Below are positions 1-13,700 of a stretch of DNA of 64,000 nt, one piece after another. The stretch is from positions 45,018,401-45,082,400 of the forward strand of contig CM120641.1 of assembly GCA_051362555.1 (NCBI GenBank), in the 5' to 3' direction. Under the pieces are notes generated by a model, which was not told where the DNA came from, made no database searches, and saw only the letters and a list, made by a program, of their open reading frames with translations. The position numbers and the translations under genes were made by a program. Position 1 is the first letter of the stretch. Every line of letters starts with the position of its first letter. This DNA comes from Lingula anatina (lineage: Eukaryota > Animalia > Brachiopoda).

Positions 1-3000
1 CTCGGAATGTAGCTTTTCACAGGAGTTCTGCCTCTGAAATGACAACATACTTTCCAATAAAATGAAGCTGGAATAGTCTTAGACCCCATTCCCAAAGATT
101 TTAGATTGATCTATCCCTGTGGGGAGTCTCACTAAATTACTGTCAGCTAAGCTGGCTTAAGCGTCTGTCCCGCCTACTAAAAGCTGTAAGGGGGTAATTA
201 ACTGTTGTGTGCGATTGGCTGACTGCAATTTAGCATGAACCCCCAGGGAGTTAGGTTGATCTAGATGGATGGATCTAAATCTCTGGGAATGCACTCTTAC
301 ACAAAGAGAAAAGAAAGACCATAAAAGACATTTGAATCAAATACAAAGGGAAAGAAATGTTAATTAATCCCCCCCCTTTTTTTTGAAAGCACAGAATTGG
401 ATATTGGATATGAATAACATTTCTTTTTGAGTCAAAGAAATCAAATATGTAAAAAACCTCACACCGTGATCGATTAACAGAACTAATACTGAGCAGCAGA
501 CTCACTCCAGTGTCTCCACCTCTCTCTTGTTAGCCATGAAGTCCCAGAGGAAGATGGCCTCCCCAATGCTGACTACACCTAGACTGTCAGGTGTAAACAC
601 CACCTTGCTGATCTTCTCTGTGTGACCTATGAACACCTGGATTTATCAATTAAATTAATATAATGATAATAATAAGATTAAGAAGCCGAACATAAAAATT
701 TTCTAATCTCCACCCCCCCTCCCCCAATCTCATTCACTAAAAGTTGAAAAGCGTATTACAAGTATTCTAAGGTGAATAAAAATCCCATCTACTTTTTTTC
801 TTTTTTTTTTTGTTATATTGAAGAAAACTAAGACGTTTCACAGTACTGTCGTAAAATCTATTTGCTGAATCATTTACTATGAATATCTGTTTTAGTTTTC
901 TTTCTGACAAATTCAGTATCATTGTTATAAAATAAACAACATCTATTAACCAATTTCTTGGGTTTTAAGATCTGAAGTACCTGAAAGTTAAGGTCCAATC
1001 TCATGTGGTAATCCCAGACTTTGATGACCCGATCCCCTGCTGTGACAAGATGGCGACCATCACGAATGACGTCAAGGGAGGTGCAACCACTACGATGAAT
1101 GTTATTCATCTTGAAAAATAAAGTTGAATTAAAACAATTACTTTATTTTCTCAAAAACTGTATAACTTTCATTCAACTATTTCTTAATCTATCTATGGAA
1201 GTGAGAAAAAAAATTGATAGCCTGCTACAAACAAGTTCTATATGGTCTGAAGTTGGCCATAACAAGGTAAGTACGGTAATGTGCCAAGCATTTCGACGGG
1301 CCCAGTCAATCCGACCACAAAAATTATTTTATAAAATTAATTTTTCTGGACTCAAACAATTAGTCCATACGTCAAAATCATGGGACAGAATTTTTTTCTT
1401 GTTTCGATTGTTCGACCACATCGTCTACAAGACTCGGTAAATTTTCAAGCCAGTGAAATAGACGCTGCATGCCTCGGCCCTTTGTCAATTGTTGTCCTTT
1501 CAATAGCTCTCGTCAATGAGGAAGAAACAATTAACTGAAGATCTTATCTGGAAGCATGACGTACCTGTCTTTTCCTTTGTCCCCGATGACAATAATAGTG
1601 CTTAAAGACATACAAATTTTGCTATTAAGCAGACTTGCCCTCGCTGACTGATTCATCACGCCCGTAACTGGGGAGGGGGGGGGGGGGGTTAAAAAAAGGT
1701 CTATTCTGGATGAAACCAAAAATCGACAGTGGGTAGAATGCGTCGTAAACACCTTCATATAGACCATATATCGCGTTTGCTAGCAATAAAAAGTTTGGGA
1801 AGAATAAGCAATTTATTTTCAAGTTCGATTGAAATATATATGCAGATGGGGAAACGTTCTTGAAGTCAACACCGCAAGATCTTACATTTACTACAACCAA
1901 CCGAAAGATCAGTGGGATCGACCGCCCAGACTTCTTGGCGCCAAATACCACGCGCTGTCAAAATCTGACGAACACGTGTCGCTGTTCACCTACATGGATA
2001 ACTGATTTGTCAACAATAAAAATGACGTCTTCCTTAACTCCATGGGAGCTTCATAGAGAGTTCCACTGGGTATTTACGTTACCTGTGAGTCACTTTCTAT
2101 TTCCCCAGATGCATGAAGTGTTGATAATATTCAGCGTAATCCATGACGAACTCCATTCCTGTGACCCCCTCCCCCAAAATGGGATCGTCTTCATTAACAT
2201 GTGGTTTGCGCTATGCTGGAGCAGACCAGATAAAACCAGTCTCTCATTTCTGCATGTGCTCAATTCTCACGTCAAATTATAAATGCACCTGTTTTGTGAA
2301 AATTATGGCAAGTAAATGCTTTTTTTTACGTTCGGGTTGTATCAGTGGGGTTTTCAATATGCACCGCGGTTTGTGCACAGCGAGAGTATATAAGTGAGAA
2401 AATCGGAAGAATGCCAGCAAAATACTGTATGTCTATCGGCACAGGTACGCTTCGTATTTTGCCTTTTTTCAGTATGATTTTATATGACATGCTTTTTAAA
2501 AAATAAAATACTTAATAGTAATTTGAAGTTATTACTGATTTCCGTTTGAGTACCAGTTGGTATTCTTTGATACGGGTGATTGAATTTTCTTCGGAAGTAC
2601 GTACGTCTACGCCTCGACGCTGAGCAAGCCTTGCGGGTTGAAAACTGATCTCAGACTGGTAAAAAATTTCAATTCGGTTGACTTCAGTTGTCATATTAAA
2701 ATTCAAATAGGGTGTACGTAGATCACATAACTAGTCCACTTAAGCTACCGGTTTCAAATATAAGTGACCGGCCTTTGTTTACAACACCTGTCTCCGGGGA
2801 AATACTCGTCCCACTTGTGAAGCGCATCATGAAAGTGATCGTAGGTGAGGGAAATATATAATTAAATATTATAATTGTCGTCTTTTTTAATGTTAAGTAA
2901 TGTTAGCACATATTGTACACAGCAAAATAAGATTTCAGGAGGATAAAACATGCCTGAAACACATGTTAGGCGAAAATTGCGGCTTATCTTGCGTAACACT

Positions 3001-5292
3001 TCCGGTAAAATGCAATACTTCCGGAAAGATGGACGTTTTGGCAGATGCCCCTAACAATCCGACGATATCAAAGGTTTCCATTTGCTGTATTTTAATCAAT
3101 TCGACCAAACTGACATTTCCATGAAATTAATTAATTAATCTTGGTCGAATTGTTTGGCATATTACCGTAACCAAGATCTGACATTTAACGTATGTACAAC
3201 TATAGATGGTAAAAAGGAGACTGGTGTTAATTCGTTATCTAGGTATATCTAAGAATATAAAGGATACATTTTGTACACTATGAATAAAATATTTAAGCTA
3301 TTTTTAAAACTATCATCCACCCTTTACAAAAAAGTTTTTTGGTCTTACTCAAGATGAAGAAAAAAATACATATTTCCTGAAAAACAAATCACCTCTGAAA
3401 GCAGACGACCTGTCCTAGCATCAAACTTGAGCAGACTATTTGAGGAAGTGGCCACCAGGAGGTGTCTGGTATGAGTTGGAGCGTAGTGCACCCTCAGTGC
3501 TGTATCTATTATAGTACGGGTGTTGTCTGCGGGGTTCAGAGAGGTGATATCTATTCTGAGGACCTGAAACAAAGAATTAAGTTACAATACAGTTAAATAG
3601 TAAATTGTCTCTTAAGAAGCAACTGGTGAAAGTACTGACTAAAGCAAACTAAAACCAATAAATAACTGAATAAGAATAAAAATAAAATTAATGAAGAATT
3701 AAAATAGTTCAAACCCATCCATGAGTTAAAAAGATACAATGCTTACTCACTTCATCAAGTGTTCGTGCATCAAGCACACTAATTGTGAACTCAGTTGGCC
3801 CAATGAATGCAATTCGTCTTCCTTCTGGTGCCACTGCGATGGCATCTGGACCAAACTTCTCCCCCCTTGCGATGGTGTTACCTAGCAACCGGAGTAGACC
3901 ATATACATTCTCTGAGGCATCATATAATGCAACAGAGCCCAGAGAGCAGGAGCTGTAGAGATATTCTCCACTTGGAGAAAATGCAAGACCTGTGATTTTC
4001 CCTCGATGCTGCCTAAGTAAAGAAAGGAAATGGTTCCTTTTTAGTGCCCTCAATTATATGTGCATTTAAATCAATATACTTCAATAAAAACATAACTTTT
4101 TCAAAAATTAACAAAAATTCAAAATTAGAAAAAACAATCTAAACACTAACACTTGACATAATTTGAGAAAAAGAAATCAAAATTACTTTAAAAAAATTAT
4201 TGTATCTTCATGGACATGCCATATCAAAATGCTGAAATCCAAATAATTTAAATATTTTTTTTTTTTTAATTTTGAAAATAAATAAGATTCTAAAGATATT
4301 TTCCAAATAAATACAGTTTTGAGGTAACATGTGACGATCTAGAAGACAAGTACATAGTGTTATCCCATTAGCTCTGGCACAGTTTTTCATGGTTGTTAAA
4401 GAATCAAAACATATTCCCAAAAATATATTTCCACAGCATGAAAAACTTCCACTTACTTGTGCTCTGCCAGCATGCTAGTTGTGGCCACATTGAAGACGCG
4501 TACGCAGCCATTTTCAAAGCCACACGCAAACACCTGTTGTGATGGGTGATAACTGACTGCACATGGACACTCCTGGGGGGCACTGAAGTCATATAACTGA
4601 AAACAACAGAGAGAAATCTGGACTTTTAACATTTCAGCCCACTAGCTGAGTAGTTGACCTTATATACAAAAGGAAAATATTCACGGCGCATTGAATTTTA
4701 CTAAATTTTATGAATTACAAAGCTTGATTACCTGAATTACCTGCATCATTAAATTCAACCCCATCTTTTCTTTCAAAGCCTCTCTCTAAGACATATCAAC
4801 CAACTTATTTTTTAAAATAGAGAAAAACATTTCACCTGTTGCAGTGTGTCCAAATCCCAGACCCTAATAGTGTGGTCATTGGAGACTGTGGCCATGTGTT
4901 TTCTCATGGAGTCTATGGCCAGAGACACCACAGGGTCAGTGTGGGACCTCATCACTGTGGTGTAGCCTCTGGTGGACACGTCCAGTATACCAAGGTTACC
5001 CTATGTGATAGTGAAGTATAGAGTATAGTTACAATAGATTATAATACAGTATAAAGTCTATTTGATAAAAAAGTATAGACAGGTCATTTGTATCCGACTA
5101 GATGTTTTTGTGTAGACATGGAAGTAGCTAACCTACAGGTTTAAAGAGTAGATTCAAGACCAGTTACCTAAGTTAACACATGATGGAAATGACATCAGTT
5201 ACCTACATGTATATATTGAAAAAGTAGAAAAACTTCATAATGGTTGGGCTGATAGTTCAAACAGTACAGACACATAGTGATTACCCTACATA

Positions 5293-5339
<47 letters not shown>

Positions 5340-7684
5340 ACAACAATAAGTTAAAATGTTATCATTTGAGTGAAAATGCTTCTTACAGTGCTTGTTCCAG
5401 CTAAGATCTTCAATCCATCCACTGTTATATCAACAGCAGTTACTGGACCTTCGTGCTCTAAAATATAATGTGAACCACACATTAAACACAATCTTCACAC
5501 CTCTGGTGTGTGCCAGAGTTATTCAACACAGTGTTTAACCACAGTGAAAAATTACATATCTGATAGGTAGTAGGTACTGATGTTTTCAGTAGGTTCTAAC
5601 TCTTAATACTTAATGGGTACCACTTAATACTTTACGTAGGAACTACTTGAAACCAACATGGTTATTGTGCTTAATAAATCTTTGATCTTAGCAGATTCTG
5701 CAATAAAAATATTCTCCTTTTTTAAAGATAATATCCTCCAATAAAATTGGTGGCTATAGACCTGAAGGCACACATGGCTGAAATCAAGTGGCCAGAGGAT
5801 GACCACTGACATTACCTACCTGCCTCCAAGTACACATGGCTGAATGTCAAGTGGCCAGAGGATGACCACTGAAATCACCTACCTGCCTCCAGGTACACAT
5901 GGCTGAAGTCAAGTGGCCAGAGGCGCAGGTATCCATCGTCTGAACCTGTCACACAGAAGGACTCTGTTACACACATACTGTTGACTGCTATTCCTGGGCC
6001 TAGAAACATAAAATTAGTTTTCTAATAAATGCAAATTAACTGTACTTACATTGAAGTTTCCTTTCTTCTACTCAACACCACAACATTAAGCATTCGTAAG
6101 GAATCTTTCATAAATATTGAAAAGTAAAAAAAAAAACTTTTTTTTTTAAACTCTTTCACCAGTTACATTTTCATAATATTGTTATTTATTCTCTTTATCT
6201 GAGCTCCTATAACCTAAAAGCACTAATAGAGAGGCTTATAGCTCCAAAAGAAATGTCAATATCTAACCAAACTTTTTCAAATGTTAAAACATGCCCGCAA
6301 ACTGTTTGCCCTTTTACCTTTAAACTATGTGATATCTTTTTGGTTCACCCTATACTAAAGAGCATACAGTGGCTATCGATCGTCACAAAGTCAAGTCTCC
6401 ATTTTGTAGATCGAGTTCAGTTGAAGAAAAACCGTTTACCTTGTAAGTACTAGGAAGTGTAGTAAATTCTTAAGCATACTATTTAACTGTTGACATTCAG
6501 ATAAACTGATCTGACCCATTTTTATTGACTTAATACATTCCTTTTTTTTTCATATTTGCTAGCTAACAAAGGAAAGATGGCAGCCTGACCTTACAAAAGA
6601 AATCTTAGATCAACAGAAGAAAAACTAAATTCTGAATGTTGTTAATACTAATGAATGCTCTTTTTTGTGGGATAGGAGTCATATTCAGACAGCATCCTAC
6701 TGTAACTACTATTCTACTGAATGTAAATGAAAACTGTACAAAAAAAGAAGGCCAACAGCTCAAGGTCATGGATAACTTTGCATTACTGATAGCGACGTTT
6801 ACATGCATCAAATAGCTCTGACCATGCACATTAATCAGATGGCCTTTGCAAAAATACTTTCAAGAGAATGCGAGATTTACTCATGTAAGCTCAATTATAT
6901 GCACAAGTAAAAAGTTTTTCCCTCCATTTTCTTATCCCCTTTGTATGATGAAAAATTTGCATAAAACCTAATTTTGCAGAACAGATTTTGCTTTAACAGT
7001 CTAATAACCATGTATTCAACTGTCATTGTGAAAATGTGTAGAATCGCTTAGCTGAACAGGAAAACAATTTTCTCTTGTTGAACAACAGGTAATTAATGAG
7101 AGGACAATTAAATGACATCAATGTTTTTGCTGTATTATGTTTATTAAGTAATATTAGTTTGACCTACTTATTCTCCAACCAACACATGCACTGATTTGAC
7201 AGAACTTGTGTTTGCTTTTTTTAACCTGAATACAACGTACTAGAATTTGCACAAGGCACACAGTATAGTCTTGAAAATACTATTCATTGGTATTTACTAT
7301 TGTTATGTTATAACAGTGTTTTGATAATTCTCAACAAAACAGTCATGTTCATCAAAGAGATATCTGATACCAACACCTTAACAGTCTGTCAAATCAGCCC
7401 TAGGTGCTCCCATTGAAACAGGAATCAATGTATTTAGGTCCTGATACCATTTTTGCCTGTTCTACTGCTTTACATGTACTAACCTCACAAAATGTAATTT
7501 CCATAGATAAAGAACTTCTGGTAACCAAAATGTAACTTCATGCAGGTAAGGACTAAGGACTGACAACATGGTACCATAAAATGAAGTCAACATTATTGAT
7601 GATAACTATAACCTAATAATAATCTCAATTTGTCACAATAGGTTATAGCCAATGTTAACAATGCACTTGTACCACACACACAAA

Positions 7685-7721
<37 letters not shown>

Positions 7722-10700
7722 AAATTACGGCAAATAAATCTCAGGGATCTCATTTTCTCTAGCATACACCCCATTTCCATAGATTTTTAGATCGATCTAT
7801 CCCTGTGGGGAGTCTCACTAGATTACTGTCAGCTTGGCCGGCTTAAGCGTCTGTCCCGCCTACTAAAAGCTGTAAGGGGGTAATTAACTATGGTGCCCGC
7901 TCGACTGACTGCAATTTAGCGTGAACCCCCAGGGAGTTAGGTCGATCTAAAGTTTAATCTTTAGATCGATCTAAATCTCTGGGAAAGCACCCTTACTTTC
8001 ATACAATTCTAGTCGTTCAAAGTACAACTGCCACATTTTAACTCAACATGTACTACAACATTCTTACAGGATTCGCCAGTCAACAACAGCAGAAGGTCCA
8101 GAGGCCTAGGAAAACTCATCCCTATGAGACATCCAAGAAATTTATGGATCAAAACAAGAAAGAGAAAAAAAAAAGAAAATATGTTAGATCCCATTTTCCA
8201 AAAGCTAAATCAAACTCACTTTAAAGAAAACGGCAATGAGAGGAATCTTTCAAATGAGAGACATTATCATAGGTAATTCATTGGTAAGTGTATGATATTT
8301 TAGTGGTTCATTTATTCTTTACATTTCTATTGTACCATGCCGTCAGTATTTTTATTATTATTTTTTTTTTTTTGCTGTAAAGCGATAAAAATAAAGTCTA
8401 CACACATCCGTGAATGAAAATGCAACTTAACGTAAATGTTACGGATGTGATTGCCCTTATCACAGAATATTATATGAAGATTAAAGTAAAATAAAAGGAA
8501 AGCAGTGTAAATATTTCTATGGGATAATTTTGTGGACAACAGAAAATAAATCATTGTGTTTGTCCTATACAGAGTTGTAATGAATAACCAACAGCACAGT
8601 CAAGTTCAGCAGAATGAAGTTTCTGCAGGTGAAGATGAAGTTGGTCAGCCACAACAAACTGAGACAGAAACTGGAAATGGAGAGGTAGGGAGTAGTTTTA
8701 CGAAGCAGAAGAAACCTTTAATGAAACAGATGTGAAGGTGAAATATGAATTCTTAAATGCCACTTTTATTCAATTTCAGTAAATGAAAATCATAATGAAC
8801 TTTTATTTGCAACTAAACAAATTAAATCCATATTAAACATTTATGCAGGGTTCAGCTGTCAACAGCACTAACACAGTTGAAGGTCAAGAAGAAAGTGCAG
8901 ATTCCTTCAGTGACGTTTATGATAATGGTAATGAAGATTATGATGATGGTAATGAAGTTACAGTTCTGCACTCAGCTAATGGCGAAGATAACACCATGTC
9001 TCACTTAGAATTTAGTAATATTGAAAAAAAGCAGAGGTCACTGGAACTATGCAGCTGGCCCTTAAAAAGTTTAAAAATGTCATCTTTGGAGAGCAAATTG
9101 GACGAGGCATATTTGGAAGGACTAGACATTGGACTTGATGAGATGCCCAAGGATGAGAGAGATAAACTTGCTCTTAGTGAGGATGTTTTAATCACTTTGG
9201 ACGCGGCACATTTGGAAGGACTAGACAGTGGACTTGATGAAATGGCTGAAGATGAGAAAGACAAACTTGCGCTTAGCAAATGGACCAAGATAATGGAAGT
9301 AATCAAGGCTGTCAAAGATAAACTCCCTCTAAGCAAATGGATGAAGATAATGGAAGAACTAGAAGGGGTACTCTCCGATACCCTCAAGAATACCATATAT
9401 ATACCCGACATTTTAGATATATCACCTTTGGAGAAGCAAGACAGTGGACACTTTGAGACACTCACGAGAGATAAACTTGCTCTTAGGAAACAGACCAAGA
9501 TATTGGAAGAACTAGACAGTGGAAGCCTTTACATAAATGCCAGATATAAACCAGCCTTAGATACATCACTTTTGGAGCTGAAAAAAAGTAGACCCTTTGC
9601 ATCCCTTGAGGACACCACAGATGAACCAGCCTTAAGATGCGGTTTAGATACACTACCATTGGAGATGCAAAACAATGCACCCTATGAGATACTTGAGGAT
9701 GCCACAGATAGACTGGCTTTATGCAGCTTAGATACATCACCACAAGACAGCAGACTCTTTGAGATACCCTTTTTACAAGCTGCAGATAATGATAACCAGG
9801 ATATCCATCACACTGATCACCAATTGCAAGCACATCAGCAAAACACACAGCTTCACAATGAAGTACCACTGGAAGGGCTACCATACCAAGAAGCTGTTGA
9901 TGTCACATTATACCATGACCTGCATCCAAGGGACATACCATTTCCTATACAAGTTGTGGATGATGATGACCAGGATGTATATCACCCTGATAATCCAGCA
10001 CATGAGGAGGGCACCCAGCTTCACATTGAAGTACCCCTGGAAGGACTGCTGAACCAATGGCAACTACAAGGTTTTGATGACAACACCTCATACCAAGATC
10101 TGCATCCAAGGGAAATGCCACATCAGCAGGACATGCAGCTCGACTTATATCAGGACTTGCATCCTGAAAACACACGATAATTTATTTGAAGCTAATGACT
10201 TAAGTGAAACTAACAAAACTGGAAACCTTGAAATGATCAAAGAAAAATAATGAGTAGTTTGTAGAACTTTTTGGCAGTCGTAGCAGGCGTTAACTCATTG
10301 CTAATTTCAGTCATAAAGTTCAGTCATTAGTTCTCTCGTTACTCACCGTACTCTCGGAACGGTCTACTGGAAGTGGAACTCTTGCGTAAAAATGTCACAA
10401 ATGCACTAACTCTCAAATTTCTGGCTAGAAATGCATGAGAACAACTGCTTTGAGGTCATCATAAAGATTTCCACCAATCTTTTTGTGCTCTTTTTCTTCA
10501 CAACCAGGCGGAACCTAACGTATATTGCATCATTGTGCATATTTTCTAATAGATTCTGCCTCTGATGAAAACGTTGTAGTATATGTTGTCGTCAAAGAAA
10601 GGCAGCCCCCACATTGCATACAAAGACACAACAGACAGTTGTAACTAAGAAACCTTTGTATTTCATTCATGACGCATGCGTACGATGAAACTAGAGTTTG

Positions 10701-13700
10701 CGAGTGGTCTGACCAGTTGTTAAATATCCATGGAAACAAGGACACAATAACGAGCGAGAGAACTAATGACAGCTTCATGAAACAGCACTCATAACTACCG
10801 AGAAGCTAACGACCCGTGGCTAACTAACTACTGCTTCATGAAACAGGCCCCAGCAGCCTTAAAACATGCAAATTACTGAAAAAAATCAACATGAGAGGTA
10901 TTTTCCTGTGCATCCAAAAATATCAATATAAGATAATCACTGCTGTCATTGTAACAGAATTATGGCTAAAAAAAAGCACTGATCATCAAGTAAAGCAAAA
11001 CATTATGCTCCTTTTGTTTATGGGGTCTAGCAGACACTAATGACAGAAAATCAGTGTCTTGGTAAAAGCCTATAGTTTTGATGTAATCACTTGGAAGGAG
11101 CACAATCAACAGGAATCATCAGTTGCCGACCATTTCTAGTTGGCACTCGACGCATCTTCAACAGTGTGTTCAACAGTTTTAATGAAGTAAAGAGCATGCC
11201 TCAGACATAATGTTGTGTTCCACTGTGCCAAAACCGTGGAGGGCATAGATTTCCTTCCTGCACTAGTAAGGAGAGAGAAGCTGTTAGAAGGCAATGGATA
11301 CTGGCCATCAAACAAGCCAATCCCTAGATGAAGTTCCATGTGTGGGAGCCAGGTGTCCCAGTTGAGTTGTGTTCAGCTTTATGAAAACATCATTGGGTAA
11401 GCAGTCATGTGTTAAGTAGATTTCAGGAAACACAAGCTTTATGATGGATAGTCTATAGTCCAGTCATCAGGCCTACCCAACTACCAGACTCGGCACATAA
11501 GGATCCTGAATTAACCGGTATATCGGACCACACTACCCGTTTTCAAGGTGTGTGTCAGATAGCATTTCGGAGTATCATACCCCAGAACAAATTTTGTAGG
11601 ATGGCCGCAGGCTCATCCTGTCGGTGTTCTGACTGATACTCCGAAATGCGATCGGACACACACCTTGAAAACAGGTGGTGTGGTCCGATATACCTGTTAA
11701 TTCAGGATTCTTATGTGCCGAGTCTGGTAGTTGGGTAGGCCTGGTTATAATACATTTTCAAAAGTAATAAAAAATACCTTTGTGTCAGTTTGTTCATGTT
11801 TAACTGCCAATACTATTGGTACAAGTACAACATACCCCTTTCATTGTTGTCTTTGTTTGACCCAATCCACTCAAATCCAGAATAAATTTTCCAGGATCAA
11901 TCACAAGTGAAGGCTGAAGTCTTCAGCAGTCCCACAAAAAGACAAGGGATCAGAGACGTATGAAACAAGCTGCTAGTGTTACTTCCAACCATTCATAACA
12001 TAAAGATGTGGAATGAGAGGTAAGAATAATTATTACACATTTACTTGTAAAGGAATTTTATTGTCCTAGTGTTTTACACCTATGTTCATAAGTTTGATCA
12101 GATATGCATGTCTGATCAGATATTTACAGTTTAATTTCTTTACTCTTTTGATTAAATTTTAAATGTAATTTTTCTTGAGCATTAGTCTTAAGAATACAAG
12201 CACTCCTTATTTCTCAAGGAAGCATCTGTCAATTTCTTGATATTCTACAGATCCCAGATGCTAGCATGAAGTGTGAAGTTGAAACAAGCTCAACAGTGAC
12301 TACTTCTAAAAGATAAACCGATCCTTTACTTTCTCCACCAATGACTAAAACTGCAGTGGACCCTATTATTACTGTGCATCAACTACTACTTAGCACAGAC
12401 AAATTTCGTGGTGATCCAAGTGGTATGCATAACTACACTCTGTTTGCAACTCGAGAGCCAGCTGAATATGAACTGAATTATATGTATGGATCTTTACTTA
12501 ATGTATTTTCTGTTGTAGATTGTAGACAGATTTTTATGGTGGTGGTGGGAATAAGAAAAAAAATTACACAAATTTTGATCTCAGTTGTTTCTTTAATGTA
12601 TCTGAGTTTGATGGATGGCTGCCTCCAGTTATAACCAACCTTCAGATAATAGAAAATTATTTTCAAAAAATAGGAAAAAAAATGAAATTTTGTGATAAAA
12701 GCATAGAAAAAACAGGAATTATTCTCCAAGAAAGTTGTCCTCTGGACACCCCTAAAGCCAGACCAAACTAACACATCTTTTTTTAAACTGAATAACAGAA
12801 CTTAGGCTTCGTCTATTTTCTAAATTCTATTTTCTATTCGCGGTATGTCTTATGATCACGGTCTGTGCCCTGAATATCCCGCGGCGTAATTACTGGCAGC
12901 GCGAGCCAGTTACAATAAGTTACTATAAGTAACTGGCTCGCGCTGCCAGTAATTATGCGGCAGGATATTCAGGGCACAGACCGTGATCATAAGACATACC
13001 GCGAATAGAAAATAGAATTTAGAAAATAGACATTGCATGTGAATGAAGCCTTAGTGTTCCAACAATCCTTCATCTAACAACCTTTCAAACAACAACTTAA
13101 AATAGTAAGCTAACTCTTTTGAATACTGCAACTGTGACATATCTGTTTTAGGGGAACATACATTTCATACATAATGCTTACGTAGTAGTCAAAACAACAT
13201 AAACTGTCAAAAACATATTTTATCATTTTGTTTGGCTTTCTTTTTTGATGAACAATCAGTGTTTTTTTTTTTTTTCACTAGACAACTTTGCTGTATGTTT
13301 TGCTGGTATGTTTGTTTCAGGACTCAAACAAAAATTGCCATTTACAATTTTGAGCTGCAGGTTTATGATTGCAAATGCTGAATTAACAACCCTAAGCAGT
13401 TTCACTGTGAGAACATGATAATATTTGTAACCAGTACAGCAACAAAAACTGAATGATCTGGCCAGCTTTCACCATTTCTCTTGTTGATTTTATTTGTTAT
13501 TTTCTCACCATTGAACCATCTTCAGTGTGGCAGAAGATACACTTACACACATGGACACAGACAAACACAAATATACTCTGACATAAAGAACTGCTTAGAG
13601 CTTTTGGAGACTCCCGTGTGGAAAAAAATGAACAATTTAGTTACATCTGAGCAAAACTTAACTCAAAAGATATTTCAAATAACTTAAAATATACTTGCCA

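Noticed and set aside
10090-10160. ITAM in gene A (YQDL..YQDL)
   Set aside because: The 15-residue spacer exceeds canonical ITAM spacing; kept only as separate YxxL motifs.
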